NCBI GenBank assembly: GCA_963579555.1
Contig: CAUZHA010000005.1
Location: forward strand, 9,938-73,937
DNA from: Planctomycetes bacterium UBA1146
GTDB taxonomy: Bacteria; Planctomycetota; UBA8108
Direction: 5' to 3'
DNA length: 64,000 nt
Shown here: piece by piece, positions 45,894-54,907 of the stretch
How positions within the stretch are numbered: the first letter of the stretch is position 1
Layout: the number at the start of each line of letters is the position of its first letter
The notes under the pieces: model-generated
Seen by the model: only the letters and a program-made list of their open reading frames with translations
Told to the model about the DNA's origin: nothing
The model's database searches: none
Translations under genes and position numbers: made by a program

Positions 45894-48260
45894 ATGAGAG
45901 CGAGTATTCACTGCGGGTTTTCGATTCGACCACTGTTGTTGGGGGCTCTCCTCGCCGTCTCCCTGCTTAGCCTCCCTGGAGAAGGGGCGGCCCTGCTCGC
46001 CCGTGAATATTCACGGGGTGTGCTGGCCGAGGGCACCAGGTGGGAGAATTCCTATTACGTGATCGATTCCGGCGTGGAGGGTCCTGTGGTGCTCATCACC
46101 GGCGGGATGCATGGCAATGAACCAGCCGGATCGAGGGCGGCGGAACAGCTCGTTCACTGGAATGTCGTGCGGGGGCGGGTTGTGATTGTTCCGCGAACGA
46201 ACACTCCCGGACTGAAGGCTAACACCCGCTTGATGCCAGGCGTGGACAAGCCAGCCAACAACCTGAACAGGAATTTTCCCGGCACCGGCGCTCCGGACGC
46301 TGCGCGCTCTGTCCCAGGGAAGGCTCTCTGGGAACTGGCGCGAAAGATCAGGCCTCAGTGGGTATTTGATCTGCACGAAGGTTTTGATTTTCATATCGCC
46401 AACAAGGGCTCGGTCGGCTCCAGCGTGATCTATCTCGATTCTCCAGAGACGCGGAAGGTCGCCACGCTGCTGATCGATGAGGTGAATCCTACGATCACTG
46501 ATCCGAAACGCAAATTCGTTCACATCAGCGGAGGGCCGGTGAATACGGGCCTCGCGAGGGCCTGCATTGACCGCTTCGGGAGCAAGGGTTTCATTCTCGA
46601 GACCACCTTCCATCGCCAGCCCCTGTCACTCCGGGTCCGCCAGCACAGGCTCATGGTCTACAGGGCCTTGAGCCATCTCGGCATGGTAGAGGGAGGGCCC
46701 CATGTTCTTGCCGGGAGAAAAGCCGCCGCGGCGGCCCGGGGGGTTCCGGCCGATGAGCTCGTCCTGGTGGCTCTCTATGATGGCGGCGGTACCGGCGGTG
46801 ACGGGGTCCGGAACGTTACCCGGCAGCTTCATCCTCTCGATAAGGTGGTCCTGTGCAGCGTTGGCCCCGCCGACATAGCCTCAGGCGTCCTGCCGCAGTT
46901 TGACGTGGCGATCTTTCCCGGCGGCAGCGGCAGCGGAATCGCCCGGGCGATCGGCAAGGAGGGACGCGAGCAGGTGCGGGACTTCGTGCGGGAGGGAGGC
47001 GGCTATATCGGGATCTGCGCCGGCGGCTACCTGGCGGCCTCCAATTATGACTGGAGCCTGGGGCTTGTCGATGCGAAGACCATCACCGGCAAACACTGGC
47101 TGCGTGGCAAGGGCAAGGTGAAGATCGAGTTGACCGATGATGGACGCAGGGTCTTCGGGGATTTTAAGGGGCCTCTCGATGTCATCTTCGCCAATGGGCC
47201 GATTGTTTCTCCCGCAGGCCTCGACCGGCTGCCGGATTTCAAGTCGCTCGCCATCTACCGCACCGAGCACGCCGAGAACGGCAGCCCGGCCGGGCTGCAG
47301 GTAGGGACTCCGGCGATCCTGGCCGGAAAGTGCGAGGGGGGACGGGTCATCAGTATCAGCCCCCATCCTGAAGCGACCAGGGGGTTGGAGTTCTTTATTC
47401 CCCGGGCGGTAGAGTGGGTCGCGGATCGTTCACCGGAGAGCCTGGTCGCCACCCCTTCTCCAGGGAAGCAGCCTCCTGCTCAAAGTGTTGAACGCCTTGG
47501 GGTGATGCCTGATCTTACGGCGACCGATGCCGAGGCGGCCCTGCCTCTCGGGGGCAAACATTACGGAGGGCCGGTGGCCGCTTCAAACGCCCTGGCCTGG
47601 CTCGCCCGGGAAAGGAAGTACGAGCGCCTGCTGCCTGAGGGCAAGCTCGACTCCCGGCTCCAGGGCCGCCTGGCCAGACGACTCGGCGGCCGAGGCTACA
47701 TGGACACCGAGACTCAGCGGCAGACTGGAACCCCGGCTGCCCTGAAGGGCATCGGCAGGTTGCTGGAGGAGAAAGGGTATTCAGCTGATTTCGCCTACCA
47801 GGGGTGGCGTAAGGTTGAAAAGAAATTCAGGGCGGGCTGGCCCTGGCCGGATCTTGACTGGGTGAAGGGTTCTTTGCAGGGTGATTCCATGGTGTTGCTC
47901 ATTGTCGGCTGGTATCGACACGATGCCGACAAGGATGTCTACCAGCGCTCCGGCGGCCACTGGGTGACCCTGGCCGGGTATGGAGTCGATGAAAAGGGCC
48001 GGGCCGATGAGGGGATCCTGTTGATTCATGACCCGTCGCCACGGGCTGGGATGGAGCCGGCTGTGGAGTACGTCCGGATTGAGCCGATAGCGAGCGGCCG
48101 CCTGGTTGGCAACTCGGGCATGCCCAAGGGGGCCAATAGCGCTGTGGGCTTCTATCGCCTGGGCGGTGGAATGCACATCAACGCCGAGCGCGGTGATGTC
48201 TGCATCCTGGACGGAGCGGTTGTTGCCATCCTGGAAAAACCAGGGCCTGGGAGGAAGTAG
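45894..48260 (+). CDS. AstE/AspA (M14) deacylase + BPL_N (GATase-like) + degenerate C39-like domain
   Basis: GGMHGNE, NLNRNFP, DLHE; PGG, GICAG, HPE; GHWVTLAGY..IHDP. Confidence 0.8.
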   Translation: MRASIHCGFSIRPLLLGALLAVSLLSLPGEGAALLAREYSRGVLAEGTRWENSYYVIDSGVEGPVVLITGGMHGNEPAGSRAAEQLVHWNVVRGRVVIVPRTNTPGLKANTRLMPGVDKPANNLNRNFPGTGAPDAARSVPGKALWELARKIRPQWVFDLHEGFDFHIANKGSVGSSVIYLDSPETRKVATLLIDEVNPTITDPKRKFVHISGGPVNTGLARACIDRFGSKGFILETTFHRQPLSLRVRQHRLMVYRALSHLGMVEGGPHVLAGRKAAAAARGVPADELVLVALYDGGGTGGDGVRNVTRQLHPLDKVVLCSVGPADIASGVLPQFDVAIFPGGSGSGIARAIGKEGREQVRDFVREGGGYIGICAGGYLAASNYDWSLGLVDAKTITGKHWLRGKGKVKIELTDDGRRVFGDFKGPLDVIFANGPIVSPAGLDRLPDFKSLAIYRTEHAENGSPAGLQVGTPAILAGKCEGGRVISISPHPEATRGLEFFIPRAVEWVADRSPESLVATPSPGKQPPAQSVERLGVMPDLTATDAEAALPLGGKHYGGPVAASNALAWLARERKYERLLPEGKLDSRLQGRLARRLGGRGYMDTETQRQTGTPAALKGIGRLLEEKGYSADFAYQGWRKVEKKFRAGWPWPDLDWVKGSLQGDSMVLLIVGWYRHDADKDVYQRSGGHWVTLAGYGVDEKGRADEGILLIHDPSPRAGMEPAVEYVRIEPIASGRLVGNSGMPKGANSAVGFYRLGGGMHINAERGDVCILDGAVVAILEKPGPGRK

Positions 48261-48435
48261 ACGGCTGGGTTTTCGGAAGAGGGTTCTTCCTACATCTTTA
48301 GACAAACGCCGTATCTTTGTAGGTTAGAATGATCCTGTGGGTATCGGATCGGTCCGTCCCGCCGACATGCCGATTTCCCGGCAGGTGAAAGTGAAGAGAA
48401 CTTTTTGAAGACCATAGAAATTGAAGGTGACCTGG

Positions 48436-50106
48436 ATGAATATCCGCCGAGTTTTCGTTTCCCCCGCGTGTCTTTCTCTCTTGTTTTGCGGCTTTCTTTC
48501 ACCGCTGGCCGCGGAAGATGCAGCGGTTTTAAAAAAGGAGCTTGCGGCAGTCACGGCTGAAGCCCGGAAACCCCTGCCGGAGAAGGTCACCTTCAGCGAA
48601 CACATCGCGCCCATCATTTTCAATAATTGTTCGAGCTGTCACCGGGACGGGGAGGTCGCTCCCTTTGACCTGCTGAATTACCGCGATGTAAAGAAACGCG
48701 GACGCATGATTGCCCGTGTCACCGGGAGCCGCTACATGCCCCCCTGGCATCCGGTTCCCGGCCATGGAGATTTCAGTGATTCAAGGCGCCTGCAGGACCG
48801 TGATGTCGAGCTGATCTCCAGGTGGGTGAAGACCGGCATGGAGGAGGGGAAGGCCGCGAGCCTGCCGAAGGTGCCTGATTTTCCAGCGGGTTGGCAACTT
48901 GGCGAGCCGGATCTCGTGGTCAGCATGGAGAAGGCCTACCAGGTTCGCGCGGGCGGGGGAGACATCTACCGGAACTTCGTAGTCAAGGTGGCGCTTCCGG
49001 AGGACAAGTGGGTGACTGCTATCGAGATCCGGCCTTCGGCTCGAGCGGTATTGCATCACAGCCTCTTTTTCGTCGACACCACTGGTGAGGCGCGGCGTTC
49101 CGATGGGCGAGACGGGACGGTCGGCTTTCGCGGGATGGGATTCCGCAGGAGCGGCAGCCTCGGAGGCTGGGCCGTGGGAGGAAGCGCCCGCAAGCTGCCC
49201 CAGAACCTGTCCCTGCCGTTGCCCAAGGGGGCCGACATCGTGCTGGCCTCTCATTTCCATCCTTCCGGGAAGGTTGAAATGGAGAAGACTACCCTCGGTC
49301 TTTATTTTTCCGAGAAACCGCCGCATCGGAAGCTCCTGGCTTTCCAGATTCCGCCGGTATACGGCAGCCTCTCGGGAATAGACATCCCCGCTGGTGATGC
49401 GAATTACCAGGTCCGCGGCAGCTTTACGGTTCCGGTGGATATTGATCTGATCGGCGCCGGAGCGCACGCCCATTACATCGGCAAGTTCATGCAGGCCAGC
49501 GCCACCCTGCCCGATGGAACGAAGAAGCCGCTCTTCTATATCGATAAGTGGGATTTCAACTGGCAGGGGCGCTACCATTACGCGGAGCCTGTGAGGCTGC
49601 CCAAGGGTACCGTCATTAACGGGGTGGTGAGTTTTGACAACTCAGCCGACAATCCCTTTAACCAATTTGATCCCCCTCGCCGGGTTCGCTGGGGGCTCGA
49701 GTCAACAGATGAAATGGGGAGCATTATCTTCAAGGTCATCTGCGCCAACCAGGGAGATGAGGGGCGCTTCGAGCGCGGGGTTCGTCAGCAGATGATCGAT
49801 ACAGGTAGCCGTCTCGGCGGCAGGTTTGCGGGCCGCGGTAGATTTGGAAGGGGCGGCTCTCGCGGTGGCTCGAGCGTCGGCGGTCTGCTGGGCCGGCTGC
49901 GTGACCGGGTCAGGAATCTTGATCGAGATGGCGATGGGAAGATCGATGAGAGCGAGATGACGGGGCGGTATAAGGACTATCTCAAGCGTCTTGATACGAA
50001 TGGAGATGGTGTTGTCGACTCCGACGAGGTCGAGGGCCTGGGAGGGACCGGGTCTCCCAGCCGGCCTGCGCCGAAAAAGCCGGAGTCCGAAAAGAAGGAC
50101 GACTGA
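48436..50106 (+). CDS. Mono-heme cytochrome c + PHM-like copper monooxygenase domains + EF-hand pair
   Basis: CSSCH, MPPW, LHH, H.H, AHAH, WDFNWQ, DEM; DRDGDGKID and DTNGDGVVD. Confidence 0.8.
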   Translation: MNIRRVFVSPACLSLLFCGFLSPLAAEDAAVLKKELAAVTAEARKPLPEKVTFSEHIAPIIFNNCSSCHRDGEVAPFDLLNYRDVKKRGRMIARVTGSRYMPPWHPVPGHGDFSDSRRLQDRDVELISRWVKTGMEEGKAASLPKVPDFPAGWQLGEPDLVVSMEKAYQVRAGGGDIYRNFVVKVALPEDKWVTAIEIRPSARAVLHHSLFFVDTTGEARRSDGRDGTVGFRGMGFRRSGSLGGWAVGGSARKLPQNLSLPLPKGADIVLASHFHPSGKVEMEKTTLGLYFSEKPPHRKLLAFQIPPVYGSLSGIDIPAGDANYQVRGSFTVPVDIDLIGAGAHAHYIGKFMQASATLPDGTKKPLFYIDKWDFNWQGRYHYAEPVRLPKGTVINGVVSFDNSADNPFNQFDPPRRVRWGLESTDEMGSIIFKVICANQGDEGRFERGVRQQMIDTGSRLGGRFAGRGRFGRGGSRGGSSVGGLLGRLRDRVRNLDRDGDGKIDESEMTGRYKDYLKRLDTNGDGVVDSDEVEGLGGTGSPSRPAPKKPESEKKDD

Positions 50107-50107
50107 G

Positions 50108-50710
50108 ATGCCTGGACCCAGGAGCTCGAGGCCAAACAGCCTGGGGCTGTTCTCATCGGCCGTTTGCCTCACGATATTTTTTTCCCTGGCCGCCTGTGTT
50201 CCTTCCGCCCCTGCTGACCTGTCGCTGCTGGATCTCGATGGGCGGCCGCAGAAGCCGCTGGGCCTCTCCGGAGTGAAGGTCAATGTGGTGATCTTCATCA
50301 CCAATGATTGTCCTATTGCCAACAGCTACGCGCCCGAGATCAAGTCCATCATTGGCGAGTATTCTCCGCGCGGGGCGGGCTTCTTCCTGGTTCATGTGGA
50401 TCCGGATCTGGGCCTTGAGAAGGCGAAGAAACATGCCGCGGACTTTGGCTACGAAAATGCCATCCTGAGAGATCCCCGCCATGCCCTGGTCTCCGAGCTC
50501 GAGGCGGATGTCACCCCGGAGGCGTTTGTCATCGGCAAGTCAGGGGTCCTCTATCGCGGAAGGATCGATGACCTTTACGCTGACCTTGGAAAAAAGCGGC
50601 GGCAGGCCCGAACCAGGGACCTGAGAGACGCGCTCGATGCCGTCCTCTCCGGGAAGGCTGTTAAAAATCCAACGACAAGGGCGGTTGGCTGCTATATTCC
50701 CGAGCTCTGA
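50108..50710 (+). CDS. Redoxin (AhpC/TSA-like) domain protein, possibly a lipoprotein
   Basis: LAAC; DCPIAN.Y, TPEAFV, YRGRIDD, AVGC.I. Confidence 0.88.
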   Translation: MPGPRSSRPNSLGLFSSAVCLTIFFSLAACVPSAPADLSLLDLDGRPQKPLGLSGVKVNVVIFITNDCPIANSYAPEIKSIIGEYSPRGAGFFLVHVDPDLGLEKAKKHAADFGYENAILRDPRHALVSELEADVTPEAFVIGKSGVLYRGRIDDLYADLGKKRRQARTRDLRDALDAVLSGKAVKNPTTRAVGCYIPEL

Positions 50711-50929
50711 GCCATTCCAGGTGAGCCGGGAGCTTCCTTTCTCCCTGGTTTCGCATTAGTGGGCCACTTTGTGACATCCGGGGTGTTGAACTGCGCTCAG
50801 ACTCGGGTTGCCCAGCCTGGGTACCGCAGGGGGGGGCAAGGTTCCACGGTGTATTCTTTCGATTCTGTCGTTACAATTGGTGCAGGGCCAATGTTCGTGG
50901 GGTTCTTTTCTCAGGAGGTTTTGTAAGAG

Positions 50930-53461
50930 ATGAAGCGTTCTTTTTTTGAAAGCTGTGCCGGATTCTTTCGAATGAGGATCCTGGCGTTTCTCGTGTCCCT
51001 CTTCCCGGTCTTCGGCGCTGCTGTTGCCGGCGATGAGGATTTCTATGATGGCGAAGTTCTTCGCACCATCGAGCTGACCTTTCCCGGAAACAATTTCTGG
51101 AGCCAGCTTGCAGAGGTCTCCAGCGTAGATGACCAATACCTTGCCGGTGACATGACGGTAGACGGCATTGTCTATGAAGGAGTCGGGGTTCGCTGGCGGG
51201 GCAATACCTCCCAGAGAAATGCCGGTGAGAAGCGTTCTTTCAAGATCGCCGTAGACCACACCGATTCAGGTCTCGATCTTTACGGGTACCAGACGGTCAA
51301 GCTGAACAACGCCGCTGGCGATCCATCTTTTCTCAGGGAGGCGCTCTACTCGCAGACCTGCAGGAAATACTTCCCCGCGCCTACTGCGAACCACGTCAAG
51401 CTGGTTCTCAATGGGCAGAACTGGGGCATCTATGTGAATGTTCAGCAGTTCAACAAGGACTTTCTTGATGAGTGGTATGACAGCACCAAGGGAAACCGCT
51501 GGAAGGCCAATTCCGGAGGCGGAACGGGTGGTAATGGAAACCCGGGCGGCGGCGGTCGTCCTCCGCGTCCTCCGCGCCCCCCGCGTCCCGGGCAGAATGT
51601 TCAGCCGGTTGCCGTTCCCCAGGGGGGAGTCGTCCAGCCGAATGGCGCCGGCGCGGGGCAGGCCCTGCCTCCCCTCGGTAACTGCGGCGGCGGAAATTTT
51701 CTCACCAGGGGCCAGGGCGCTCTGACCTGGCTCGGAGCGAACCAGAGCCAATACCAGGCCGCCTACGAGCTCAAGTCCGATGACCAGGATGATCCATGGG
51801 CGGCACTGGTCGAATTCTGTGACGTCTTCAACAACACCCCGGACGCCGAGTTCGAGGACCTTGTTCATGACATTCTGGATGTCGACGCGACACTCTGGAT
51901 GATCGCCCTCGAGAACGCCTTCGCCGATGACGATGGCTACATTCACAAGGGGCTCGACTACACGATCTACCAGGACCTCAGCTTCGGACGTTTCCACACG
52001 ATCCAGCACGATGGCAACGAGACCTTTCGCTGCATCGACGGCTGGCGGGTTCTTCCCGAGAGCGACAATCCAAACCGGCCGGTGCTGGTACGGCTGATGG
52101 AAATCCCACGCCTGCGGGCTCGCTACCTGGCCCACCTGCGGACCCTGGTCGAAGAATCGTTCAACTGGGACGCGATGGGGCCGATGGCCACCGATATGCA
52201 CAACCTGATCGCAGAGGAGGTGGAGCTTGACCCGAAGAAGCTCTTCTCCACCAGCGCCTTCTATGACAATCTCGAGAGCGCTTCGGGGAATGTCCCGGGG
52301 ATCCGGCAGTTTGTCGAGGAGCGGCGCGAATTTCTCCTGGCCCATCCCGAGCTCCAGGAGCCCGCTCCGAATATTCTCTCGGCTGAGCTCCAGCTCGCGC
52401 CCGATGGCGCGGGCGGCTTCTATCCCCCGGTCTCCGGGGAAGAGGTAGGCATTCGAGTAGAGGTTGGGGTTGGTCCCTCCGTTGATTCGGTGGTCGTCTA
52501 CCATGCCGGCGTGCCTGACGCTCCCTTTGAGGAGGTCTACCTCCGAGACGATGGAAAGAGTGATGACGGCGCTCCCGGAGATGGGGTCTATGGAGGCGCG
52601 GTGCCTTCCTATCCCGCGGGCACCGAGGTTCGCTATTACGTGGAGGTTTACGCTGACGGCGTCACGTCCTTCGAGCCGCCGCGCGCCGAGCTTGGAGCCG
52701 ACTCCTATATTGTTGACATGGATGTTGCCCAGTTCACCCCGGTGGTGATCAACGAGGTCATGCCCCTGAACGAGGTCACGCTGGCCGATCCCCAGGGAGA
52801 GCTTGATGACTGGGTAGAGCTGCACAATATTACAGCCGAGACCGTCGATCTCTCGGGCATGTATCTCAGCGACAAGGAGGGTAACCCCAGGAAGTGGGAG
52901 CTGCCCGAGGGCACGACGATCGAGGCCGGCGGATATCTGATTGTCTGGCTTGATGAGGACGGCGGCGATGAGCCGGGCCTTCACGCCAACTTCAAGCTCA
53001 CGAGTGAAGGTGAGATGCTCATGCTGGTCGACAGAGATGAGGGCGATAACCATCTGCTCAACAAGGTCATCTTTCCCGCCATGGAGCAGGACAGGAGCTG
53101 GGGTCGCTATCCCAATGCCACGGGCAATTTCGAGGCTCTCCAGGGAACCCCGGGAGAGTCCAATGGCAGTGGCGGCGGCGGGCCTGTCTTCCGTCGAGGA
53201 GATGTGAACGATGACGTCAATGTCGACATCTCCGATGCGGTTCGCGTGCTCGCCTATCTCTTTGGCGGAGTCGAGGCGCCGCCCTGTGTCGATTCCGGGG
53301 ATACCAACGACGATGGAGAGGTCAACATCACCGATGCGATCTTCCTGCTGAACTACCTCTTTGTAGGAAACCTGGAGCTGCCCGCTCCAGCGGGCGGCGC
53401 TTGCGGTGAAGACCCGAGCGAGGACCCGCTCGGCTGCGCCGTCTCCACGGCATGTAATTAG
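50930..53461 (+). CDS. CotH kinase family + lamin-tail domain + dockerin
   Basis: VGVRWRGNTS, KRSFKI, DPSFLRE, G.Y.NVQQ; VINEVM..DWVELHN LTD; RRGDVN dockerin. Confidence 0.88.
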   Translation: MKRSFFESCAGFFRMRILAFLVSLFPVFGAAVAGDEDFYDGEVLRTIELTFPGNNFWSQLAEVSSVDDQYLAGDMTVDGIVYEGVGVRWRGNTSQRNAGEKRSFKIAVDHTDSGLDLYGYQTVKLNNAAGDPSFLREALYSQTCRKYFPAPTANHVKLVLNGQNWGIYVNVQQFNKDFLDEWYDSTKGNRWKANSGGGTGGNGNPGGGGRPPRPPRPPRPGQNVQPVAVPQGGVVQPNGAGAGQALPPLGNCGGGNFLTRGQGALTWLGANQSQYQAAYELKSDDQDDPWAALVEFCDVFNNTPDAEFEDLVHDILDVDATLWMIALENAFADDDGYIHKGLDYTIYQDLSFGRFHTIQHDGNETFRCIDGWRVLPESDNPNRPVLVRLMEIPRLRARYLAHLRTLVEESFNWDAMGPMATDMHNLIAEEVELDPKKLFSTSAFYDNLESASGNVPGIRQFVEERREFLLAHPELQEPAPNILSAELQLAPDGAGGFYPPVSGEEVGIRVEVGVGPSVDSVVVYHAGVPDAPFEEVYLRDDGKSDDGAPGDGVYGGAVPSYPAGTEVRYYVEVYADGVTSFEPPRAELGADSYIVDMDVAQFTPVVINEVMPLNEVTLADPQGELDDWVELHNITAETVDLSGMYLSDKEGNPRKWELPEGTTIEAGGYLIVWLDEDGGDEPGLHANFKLTSEGEMLMLVDRDEGDNHLLNKVIFPAMEQDRSWGRYPNATGNFEALQGTPGESNGSGGGGPVFRRGDVNDDVNVDISDAVRVLAYLFGGVEAPPCVDSGDTNDDGEVNITDAIFLLNYLFVGNLELPAPAGGACGEDPSEDPLGCAVSTACN

Positions 53462-53486
53462 TCCTGAGGGCTCACCCGAGAGCTGC

Positions 53487-53533
53487 AGGGCCGGGCGCCA
53501 GCGCCTTCGAGGCGGGGCGCCTGGCCCTTTTTT
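53487..53533 (+). terminator. Intrinsic terminator
   Basis: agggccgggcgcc...ggcgcctggccct followed by a T tract. Confidence 0.8.
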
Positions 53534-53634
53534 ATTTCCGCTATCTCCATCGGGAAATGGCGGCGGCTATCGGGTTACAATTCCTTTTTGTAATCCTTGC
53601 TGATCCCGAAGAATAAAAATGGAGACATCGAGAT

Positions 53635-54822
53635 ATGCTGCTGAGGCACATTTATGAGCTCGCTCGCAGAGCAGCCCGGGTTGTGGTGTTGTTGATGGTC
53701 GCCCTCCTGCCTGCGGAGCTCGCGGCGGGCGCGGAGGAAGCCTCGGCGCGGCAGCTGGTCTACCTGGGGACCTATACCAGGAGCGGAAAAAGCGAGGGAA
53801 TCTATGTCTGTGAGCTCGATCTCCTCAAGGGCACCCTTGGCAATCTCCGGCTGGCAGCGAAGTCGAAGAACCCATCTTTCCTCGCGCTCCATCCCTCCGG
53901 CCGGTTTCTCTACAGCGTCAGCGAGATCGCTGATTTTGAGGGCAAGAAGACCGGGGCTGTCAGCTCGTTTGCACTCGAGCCGAAGAGCGGGGCGCTCAAA
54001 TTCCTGAACAAGAAACCCTCAGGCGGCGGAGGTCCCTGCCACCTGGTGGTAGACCATGGAGGCAAGAATGTGCTGGTTGCCAACTATGGTGGCGGCAGTG
54101 TGAATGTGCTGGGCGTCGGCGCTGATGGCCTGCTGGCCGACCCTACCGGGTTTGTTCAGCACAAGGGATCGAGCGTCAACCCCAGGCGGCAGAAGGGGCC
54201 GCATGCTCACTCGATCAACCTGGATGGAAAGGGGGCCTATGCCTTCGCCGCAGACCTCGGTCTCGACAAGGTTCTCGTTTATCGTTTCGATCCCGTTGCC
54301 GGGACCCTGGCGCCCAATAAGGCGTCGAGTGCTTCCGTGTCCCCCGGGGGCGGACCCCGTCACTTCGCATTTCATCCTGGCGGAAAGTTCGCCTATGTCA
54401 TCAATGAGATGGCCTCGACCGTTACGGCTTTTTCCTATGAAGCGAAGGCGGGAAAGCTCTCGAATATCCAGACTGTCACCACTCTTCCCAGTGGATTCTC
54501 AGGTAATAGCAGTACGGCGGAGGTCCAGGTGTCGCCCGATGGGAAGCTTCTCTTCGGTTCCAACCGAGGTCATGACAGCATCGCGATCTTCTCGATCGAC
54601 AGCGCCTCGGGCCGCCTTACAGCTCGCGGGCACCAGGCCACCGGGGGCAGGACTCCCAGGAATTTCGGGGTCGACCCGACCGGACGGTTTCTGCTGGCGG
54701 CCAACCAGAACTCAGACACGGTCGTTGTCTTCCGTATTGGCCCTGCGGGACTTGCTCCCACCGGGAACGTACTCGAGGTGCCGAATCCGGTCTGCGTCAA
54801 GTTCCTGCCGGTTGCTGAATAG
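53635..54822 (+). CDS. Lactonase family (6-phosphogluconolactonase/cycloisomerase) beta-propeller
   Basis: YLGTYT, NPSFL, GPCH, VANY, PHAH, DLGLD, GPRH, SNRGHDS, PRNF. Confidence 0.92.
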   Translation: MLLRHIYELARRAARVVVLLMVALLPAELAAGAEEASARQLVYLGTYTRSGKSEGIYVCELDLLKGTLGNLRLAAKSKNPSFLALHPSGRFLYSVSEIADFEGKKTGAVSSFALEPKSGALKFLNKKPSGGGGPCHLVVDHGGKNVLVANYGGGSVNVLGVGADGLLADPTGFVQHKGSSVNPRRQKGPHAHSINLDGKGAYAFAADLGLDKVLVYRFDPVAGTLAPNKASSASVSPGGGPRHFAFHPGGKFAYVINEMASTVTAFSYEAKAGKLSNIQTVTTLPSGFSGNSSTAEVQVSPDGKLLFGSNRGHDSIAIFSIDSASGRLTARGHQATGGRTPRNFGVDPTGRFLLAANQNSDTVVVFRIGPAGLAPTGNVLEVPNPVCVKFLPVAE

Positions 54823-54907
54823 CTTGCGAGAATGCCGGGGTGTCGGTAGCTTGCGCAGGCGCAACTGGCTAAACTGAAACGGCTGGTTCATTCGTAAGGG
54901 AGAGCTT

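Noticed and set aside
47555-47575. GGA at the expected catalytic Cys as a mutated Sec codon
   Set aside because: It is a sense codon and other catalytic features also look degenerate; there is no evidence for UGA
51556-51590. 9-bp tandem repeat (RPP)n as a phase-variation tract
   Set aside because: In frame, imperfect, and a low-complexity linker
51266-53053. 595-aa antisense ORF (also 7782-8864, 35346-36593, 16611-17666, 4104-5105 and others)
   Set aside because: Shadow ORFs opposite well-supported genes; expected from high-GC codon bias; no motifs
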